Shown here piece by piece: positions 23,354-29,119 of a stretch of DNA of 29,119 nt (positions are counted from its first letter, which is position 1; each line of letters starts with the position of its first letter). A model generated the notes under the pieces. The model was not told where the DNA came from and did no database searches. It saw only the letters and a list, made by a program, of their open reading frames with translations. The position numbers and the translations under genes are program-made. The stretch covers positions 1 through 29,119 of the forward strand of contig CAZNRQ010000002.1 in assembly GCA_964574845.1 (NCBI GenBank). The letters are read 5' to 3'. This DNA is from an uncultured Bacteroidales bacterium (GTDB lineage: Bacteria > Bacteroidota > Bacteroidia > Bacteroidales > CAIWKO01).

Positions 23354-24631
23354 CTATCTCATCTCCTCCACACTTTCCCTGATCACTTCCTCCACGCTTT
23401 TCTGCCGTTTCCGAGCCTCCGAAAGATGTTGGCTCAGTCCGGGGTCCTGGTCTATCACATACCGGGTTTTGATGTAATCGGGGTTTGGCGTTGCATTGGG
23501 GAAATAAATATTGTAAAGCGCATCGGTAAAACCCCAGAAAGCCCTATAAGTATTTAGCTCGGTAATCATCACAAGTATCACCTCTTGTTTTTCTACCCTC
23601 TCCTGAAGGTTCAGCACCTTGGGAATGTCCTGCATCGTCCAGATATTGGGCCATATCCCGCGGAAATAATACCAATATTCCTGATCACGGAACAAATTAT
23701 CGATGATTCCATTGCTTTGCAGGCCCCAATAATAGCTGTCGCCTACAGTAAGCAATTTGGGTTTGGTCATGGCGCTGCGGTCGTTGTAGCCCACCTGCGG
23801 ATAGCACAACGAAATGTGCTTCACATCGAACAGCAGGTTCATGGTGGCTTCAATATCGAAATCCTCGTCATGGGCTTTTTCAGTGATCTTATAACCCCTC
23901 CATATCATTTCAGGCATATCTATGTGCCTCACACCTTCGATAAACTTCGATAGGGTGTCTCCTGCCCTGAACATGCCGTAAGTGGTCCAGTGCACTCCAT
24001 AATTGCTGTAGACTGGATAACGGACGGTGTCTTTCATCCCCACAAACCAGGAACACAGATCGAGATATTGTAAGCCGATTTCCTTACTGCGTGCTACTAG
24101 ATACTTCATATTGCTGGGCTTCTTATCATAAGGATGATAACGATCGGGGATCAATTCGGGATAATAAGACGCTTTTCCCGGTTCATACACAATGATGAGG
24201 TCAATATTCTTTGCTTTTTTCAAAGTATCCTGAACCATCTTGGTGCGACGCAACACCTCGTTGAGGTATGTTTCTCCCACAAAATTGGCCCCGGTATAAT
24301 CCAGGATATATCCTTCCTCATAAAGACAATTGTTTTTGCCAATAATAACATTATGAGCATCAGTTTTTTTATAGAGCCAATAGTTAAGCTGGTTGTTGGT
24401 GCGTATCAATATTTCGCGCAGACCGAAACTGTCTTCCACCGAGCGGTTGTATTTCTTTTGGAAAGACTCGTCTGACCATGTTTTCCAGTTCAGCGTATCG
24501 GGTCGTTTATGGGTCTCGAAGAAACCATTTAAGGGTTTTACCCGAAACAGATGCAACTGTTGTTGCAACAAGGGCATAAACAGCATCAGCATGATGATTA
24601 CAAACAGTGATATTTTGATTGTCTTCTTCAT
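23354..24631 (-). CDS. AlgJ/AlgX-like SGNH polysaccharide O-acetyltransferase, membrane-anchored
   Basis: N-terminal TM helix, VIIGKNNCLYEEGY, YEPGKASYYPE, GVHW preceding the GDSY serine block (the permuted order seen in AlgJ/AlgX). Abuts an MBOAT gene. Confidence 0.8.
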   Translation of the reverse strand: MKKTIKISLFVIIMLMLFMPLLQQQLHLFRVKPLNGFFETHKRPDTLNWKTWSDESFQKKYNRSVEDSFGLREILIRTNNQLNYWLYKKTDAHNVIIGKNNCLYEEGYILDYTGANFVGETYLNEVLRRTKMVQDTLKKAKNIDLIIVYEPGKASYYPELIPDRYHPYDKKPSNMKYLVARSKEIGLQYLDLCSWFVGMKDTVRYPVYSNYGVHWTTYGMFRAGDTLSKFIEGVRHIDMPEMIWRGYKITEKAHDEDFDIEATMNLLFDVKHISLCYPQVGYNDRSAMTKPKLLTVGDSYYWGLQSNGIIDNLFRDQEYWYYFRGIWPNIWTMQDIPKVLNLQERVEKQEVILVMITELNTYRAFWGFTDALYNIYFPNATPNPDYIKTRYVIDQDPGLSQHLSEARKRQKSVEEVIRESVEEMR

Positions 24632-26053
24632 CTAAAACCTGAAATAAATAAAAGGATTAAAACCCGAAGCCGCTGTACCCGCTGCTCCCACTATAAATAG
24701 TAGTATCGACAACGCACCCAATATGATAACATTTCGGCTTTTTTGATCTGTACCAAACACTCTCATCTGCCAGGGTTCAGCATTTCTTATCACTCCGAAG
24801 AAGGAGAACAAAAACGCAAACACCAAAATCACCTTGAAATGGGAATCGAAAACTATATCAGTAGGAGCAAAGCTGAAATCGAACATGCGGTGCAGATAGA
24901 ATTTTATATGGGTTATGCTTTCGCAACGAAACAGCACCCAACCTATCAATGTCAGGAAAAAAGTAAAAATGATGCTGGGATACTTACCGATCTTGTTCAG
25001 AACCTTTAGCAGGAAAAGCCGGTCCATAATCAGGAAAAACCCATGATAGGCCCCCCATAAGATAAAGTTCCATTCGGCACCATGCCAAAAGCCCGATATA
25101 AGAAACACAAAACTCAGGTTGAAATACATGCGTGCCTTCGAAACCTTATTTCCCCCCAGGGAGACATACAGATAATCGCGCATCCAACGGCTGAGCGACA
25201 TATGCCAGCGTCGCCAGAAATCGGTTATGCTCTGCGCGATGTAGGGGTTGTTAAAGTTTTCGGGGAACACGAATCCCATCATACGTGCCAGCCCAATGGC
25301 CATATCTGAATATCCCGAAAAATCGAAATAGATCTGGAAAGCATAAGCCACTATACCTATCCACGCCAAAGGAGTGGTCAGATCGTCCATGCCCAATCCC
25401 ATGATCTTATCGGCTTCGGCACCCAGCACGTTAGCAATTAATATTTTCTTAGATAATCCAATTACAAAGCGGAAGAAACCCACCAGCTTATTGTCAATGC
25501 CATATTGATAGCTGCGGTCTTCTATCTGATCCGATATCTCGTTGAAACGAATAATGGGTCCGGCTATCAGTTGGGGAAAGAACAAAATGTAGAGGGCATA
25601 GTTCATGATACTCTTCATCGGCGGTTTTACGCCACGATACACATCGATGATGTAGCTCATTTCATGGAAAGTAAAAAAAGATATGCCTATAGGTAGTGCC
25701 ACTTTTAGCCAGTGTATATGCGAAAAACCCATCTGCACCATCAGTTGAACGAAATTTGCTACAAAGAAATTGGAATACTTGAAGTAGATCAGAATACCAA
25801 CATTAATACTTATAGCTGCTGCCAACAGCACCTTCCGTTTGGTCCCCTGAGAGCGATGGATGAATCGTGCAAAGAGGAAATCGGCCACAATAGACCCGAA
25901 GATAACAAATATAAACAGGGGGGCTCCCCAGGCATAGAAAACCACACTGGCAAGCAAGGCCACCAAGTTCTTGAATCTCTTACCTACAATGAAATAGAGT
26001 AATAGGGTTACTGGTAGAAAGTAGAAAAGAAACAGAACACTGCTGAAAACCAT
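24632..26053 (-). CDS. MBOAT-family O-acyltransferase (AlgI/PatA/DltB-like)
   Basis: MVFSSVLFLFYFLP, LPIGISFFTF, FFPQLIAGPI, DFSGYSDMA, NFNNPY, FWRRWHMSLSRW, SGFWHGA. Confidence 0.96.
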   Translation of the reverse strand: MVFSSVLFLFYFLPVTLLLYFIVGKRFKNLVALLASVVFYAWGAPLFIFVIFGSIVADFLFARFIHRSQGTKRKVLLAAAISINVGILIYFKYSNFFVANFVQLMVQMGFSHIHWLKVALPIGISFFTFHEMSYIIDVYRGVKPPMKSIMNYALYILFFPQLIAGPIIRFNEISDQIEDRSYQYGIDNKLVGFFRFVIGLSKKILIANVLGAEADKIMGLGMDDLTTPLAWIGIVAYAFQIYFDFSGYSDMAIGLARMMGFVFPENFNNPYIAQSITDFWRRWHMSLSRWMRDYLYVSLGGNKVSKARMYFNLSFVFLISGFWHGAEWNFILWGAYHGFFLIMDRLFLLKVLNKIGKYPSIIFTFFLTLIGWVLFRCESITHIKFYLHRMFDFSFAPTDIVFDSHFKVILVFAFLFSFFGVIRNAEPWQMRVFGTDQKSRNVIILGALSILLFIVGAAGTAASGFNPFIYFRF

Positions 26054-26059
26054 CCTGCC

Positions 26060-29000
26060 TTATTTCGTATAAATTATCCTTCCAAAAGTAGTGTTTTCAT
26101 CCTTTACTAAACGATAATAATATACACCAGCCGACAGATAACTCTGGCTTTCGCTGCTTCCGTCCCAGGTATAAGTCTTCCTTCCTGAGCTAAGTTTTCC
26201 CTCAACCAATGTTCTCACCACCCTGCCGTTCAGGTCAAGAATATCAAGAGAAATATTCGATTCCCCATCAACATCGAAAGTGATAGAAGTTTGTTTTGAG
26301 AATGGATTGGGATATACTTGCAGCGAATTGCCATCTGCACTGTTTTCCCCAATACCTGTCGGAACATAAACATGGAAGGTCACAGGGATATTCACCGTAT
26401 CGGTAAAATTATAGGTCAGACGGATGTTGCTGTTATAAGTGTCTGCATCTAAACCAAACGAACTGAAATAAAGTTTCATGGAACCCTGCGACGAAGGATC
26501 TAAACTGCTGTAATTCACTTCGGGTGTCAGCCAGGTATCGTTGCCGTTAACTGAGAAATCGGTGATCTCGCACGAATACATCAGCATACCACCGGTATTG
26601 TTATTGCTCAGCACCAGCGAATCCACAGCCAGGGAATCAATGATCATGGTCTTAACAATAGCGTTGGGTGATTGTGTTACATTCGATCCCAGTTGAATAC
26701 TTGGTGGGAATACTATATAGTCGAGCCATGCGCAGTCTTCTCCGGCACTTACAGAATAATCCTTTTTATAGGTCCACTTGAAAGTATGAGCGCCTGAAGT
26801 AATAGGATATTCGTAGCGTTGCCATGCCGTCACTCCATCCCAACGGCCCATCTCAGCTCCATCGATGTAAAACGCCAGAAAATCGTAATCGGTATAACCG
26901 GCATGTGCTTCGCAGGATACTTTACGGTAAAAACTCATGGAGCCACTATTCAGAATGTTTAGATTCAAGGTCATTGAGGTTTGTTGGTTTTCCGAAATAT
27001 TGCCCGATTTGGAGCAATAAGTACCTTCAAATGGTAATTGTGTAGAAACAAACCAAACAGAATCTCCCCCGGTTGTCCAAGGGAAATGTGTCAGGTCGCC
27101 GGTTTCGAAATCCTCAGCATTTCCACCAATCTGTATGGCAAAGAACTTATGGGTAATGTAATTTCCATCGGCTTTCAGGGCCATATTAAACACAATGATG
27201 TGTCCGTCAGGCACATTATTGGCAACTTGTACAATGTAAAATGAATTAGACGAGTTCCCTCCCAGCAGACTCGTAATATGTGCCGAATCCCCGCTTACGG
27301 TTGTGTAAGGATCATTAGTACTCAATATTCCGTCAATATTATAGGCGGTAGCCCCACCTGTATTTTTGATTTCAACAATAATGGCAGAGGTTTCGCCCGG
27401 TTCAATGATATTGTTGTTCCCATCAGCAATCGCTATCCCACCTAGGTCAAGAACCAGAGATAGAACCGGAAGGTTTATGCTGATGTTAAATGTGTCAGTC
27501 GCATTATAAACCGTTAAGATCAAAGGGATGATATGATTGTTGGTAACCATACTATCCACATCAAAGGAAAAAGCATTCAGGAAGATCACCGAATCGTCGG
27601 GGGCCAGTGAGCCGGCAACCTCCATACTATCCACCAGACTTATGAAACCATCAGAGGTCGACAATTTCATTTGTGCTCCGGTAATTGTGGTTCCGCCTAT
27701 GTTCTTCAGTGCGACACTCAGAATAACGTGTTCTCCGGCATTAATTATTGAATCAATTCCTGCTGCCACCTTATAGGTTGCGACAACGCCCTTTGTTGTG
27801 AAGTTAAGAGTTTTTGTATTGACAATAGAGTTGTTATCGGTTACTTTTACAGGAATGGGCACACTATTGCATTCAGTGGTTGCAGTGCCGTATAATATTC
27901 CCCCTTCTGTTATGTTCAAGCCCCATGGTATGGCAGGCGGTGTAAATACGATAACCTTCGTGGCAGTATTGGTGAACAATTTCCCTGAATAGTTCGTGAA
28001 TTGGTAATTGACATTGTCACCACGTGTTACTGCACTGATATAAGCGGTTGGATTAGTAACGGAAATGTTATCATAATACATTTCTATCTTTCCTGAAGGA
28101 TATAGTTTCACCGCGACATTTACAACACTTCCCGTTTGTCCGGCTACATATGCCTTCCAACGGATAATAGCATATTGGGAATTGCCTTCATACCAAAAAT
28201 TATCTGTCCCCGAGAAAGCAAGATCGATATAAAATGGTGCGATAATCTTGGTGCTCTTAAACAAAACGTTCTTGTCGATAAGGTAGGGCCATGTGAACAA
28301 TTGGTTGTCAAACTTAATAAAACCGTCAGGGCTGATGTAAAGCTTGTTAAACTTCTCATTATAAAATGGAAAATCAAAAGGTAGATTCTGAACGGCATAT
28401 CCAGTCGAATTAGCGACCAAGACCTGTGCCGAGGTAGTCGGAAATGTCCCGGTAGTATAATTGATAGCGAAGTCATAATTAAAATCCCAGTGATATGGGG
28501 TTGTTCCTGCAGTAGCCGTCAATTGCTGTGAGAAGGCCTCATTGATAGAAGCCTCAGGCAATGTATTGGTGGTAATATTTACTTTGCTGAAGTTCATTGT
28601 TCTTGTGATAGCTAATCGTGTAGTGTCGTTATTCGTGAGGTTAACATTCGTCGAGGGACAATCCACCTGCACTGTTCCCGAAGTATAATCGATAATAGAA
28701 AAACTGTTGATCTGTCCGGTGTAAGTTCCCGTAGGATCGGCTTCTGCTACCTGTAAGAAGTATTTTGCATTTTGACCTGACTGCACATAATTCAGCAATG
28801 GGCTGATATCGAGTCCGAATTCTATAGTTTTGGATGCTTCGGTAGTGTCACCCTGCATATAATAATCGCCCCCCTGGAAATTGAAGATAGGAAAATCAAG
28901 TACGTATTTAGGTTTAGTGTCGGCGGTATTGGTCGAAACCCCAGCCGTAACTTTTATTTTGTTCCGCGAATTATGCTTCAGCTGCACTTTCATGGTAAGG

Positions 29001-29119
29001 AGGGGGTTGTAATTTTGTTTGACGTATTGTACAGACACCCTGTGATTCCAGATTCCTCCGTTACCAATATCATCAGCCAGACATTTGTACATCATATAGC
29101 TGTATCCTCCGTTGCCCCA
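26060..29119 (-). CDS. Large multidomain T9SS cargo protein, 5'-truncated by the window edge, probably a papain-like C1 peptidase
   Basis: The frame stays open from 29119 and reads WGNGGYSY before MMYKCLA, matching the C-terminal WGxxGY motif of C1 peptidases. Then an Ig/He_PIG-like domain, a NIDO-like domain, two GE-x-KN-x-G Ig-like repeats, an EDFETGD adhesin-like domain, a BACON-like segment, and a FlgD-Ig-type CTD (YPNPF-WDG-AGVYYYRL). Catalytic Cys/His are not visible here. Confidence 0.8.
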   Translation of the reverse strand, partial: WGNGGYSYMMYKCLADDIGNGGIWNHRVSVQYVKQNYNPLLTMKVQLKHNSRNKIKVTAGVSTNTADTKPKYVLDFPIFNFQGGDYYMQGDTTEASKTIEFGLDISPLLNYVQSGQNAKYFLQVAEADPTGTYTGQINSFSIIDYTSGTVQVDCPSTNVNLTNNDTTRLAITRTMNFSKVNITTNTLPEASINEAFSQQLTATAGTTPYHWDFNYDFAINYTTGTFPTTSAQVLVANSTGYAVQNLPFDFPFYNEKFNKLYISPDGFIKFDNQLFTWPYLIDKNVLFKSTKIIAPFYIDLAFSGTDNFWYEGNSQYAIIRWKAYVAGQTGSVVNVAVKLYPSGKIEMYYDNISVTNPTAYISAVTRGDNVNYQFTNYSGKLFTNTATKVIVFTPPAIPWGLNITEGGILYGTATTECNSVPIPVKVTDNNSIVNTKTLNFTTKGVVATYKVAAGIDSIINAGEHVILSVALKNIGGTTITGAQMKLSTSDGFISLVDSMEVAGSLAPDDSVIFLNAFSFDVDSMVTNNHIIPLILTVYNATDTFNISINLPVLSLVLDLGGIAIADGNNNIIEPGETSAIIVEIKNTGGATAYNIDGILSTNDPYTTVSGDSAHITSLLGGNSSNSFYIVQVANNVPDGHIIVFNMALKADGNYITHKFFAIQIGGNAEDFETGDLTHFPWTTGGDSVWFVSTQLPFEGTYCSKSGNISENQQTSMTLNLNILNSGSMSFYRKVSCEAHAGYTDYDFLAFYIDGAEMGRWDGVTAWQRYEYPITSGAHTFKWTYKKDYSVSAGEDCAWLDYIVFPPSIQLGSNVTQSPNAIVKTMIIDSLAVDSLVLSNNNTGGMLMYSCEITDFSVNGNDTWLTPEVNYSSLDPSSQGSMKLYFSSFGLDADTYNSNIRLTYNFTDTVNIPVTFHVYVPTGIGENSADGNSLQVYPNPFSKQTSITFDVDGESNISLDILDLNGRVVRTLVEGKLSSGRKTYTWDGSSESQSYLSAGVYYYRLVKDENTTFGRIIYTK

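Noticed and set aside
23354-26053. Alginate (alg) or dlt operon
   Set aside because: No synthase, epimerase, DltA or DltC is present. Only a family-level MBOAT/SGNH assignment is supported.

Overview
A 29.1-kb window from an anaerobic Bacteroidota genome, judged from the type IX secretion (T9SS) C-terminal domains, TAnnTTTG promoter elements and pyruvate:ferredoxin oxidoreductase. Left part (1-10.4 kb): a 21-nt tandem repeat, an alpha/beta hydrolase, an 88-aa protein built from 17-residue repeats, meaB, two lipoproteins, a second hydrolase, and nifJ followed by a dihydroorotate-dehydrogenase-like flavoprotein. Centre (10.6-22.0 kb), the main candidate system: a LytS/LytTR two-component pair followed by nine tightly packed co-directional genes. 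These are four consecutive T9SS cargo proteins (CotH-family kinase, arylsulfotransferase-like propeller, stand-alone 7-blade Reg_prop propeller, metallophosphoesterase), a lipoprotein, a secreted repeat protein, a VTC polyphosphate-polymerase domain protein, a DUF4956 membrane protein and a DUF2490 beta-barrel. My hypothesis (inference only) is a trans-envelope polyphosphate supply line feeding extracellular group-transfer enzymes. Right part: a secreted beta-propeller, an oddly structured intergenic element, and a minus-strand operon of a large T9SS protein (truncated by the window edge, probably a papain-like C1 peptidase), an MBOAT acyltransferase and an AlgJ/AlgX-like SGNH protein. No rRNA, tRNA, CRISPR array, integrase or transposase was seen. 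Family assignments come from motifs read by eye, with no database search.
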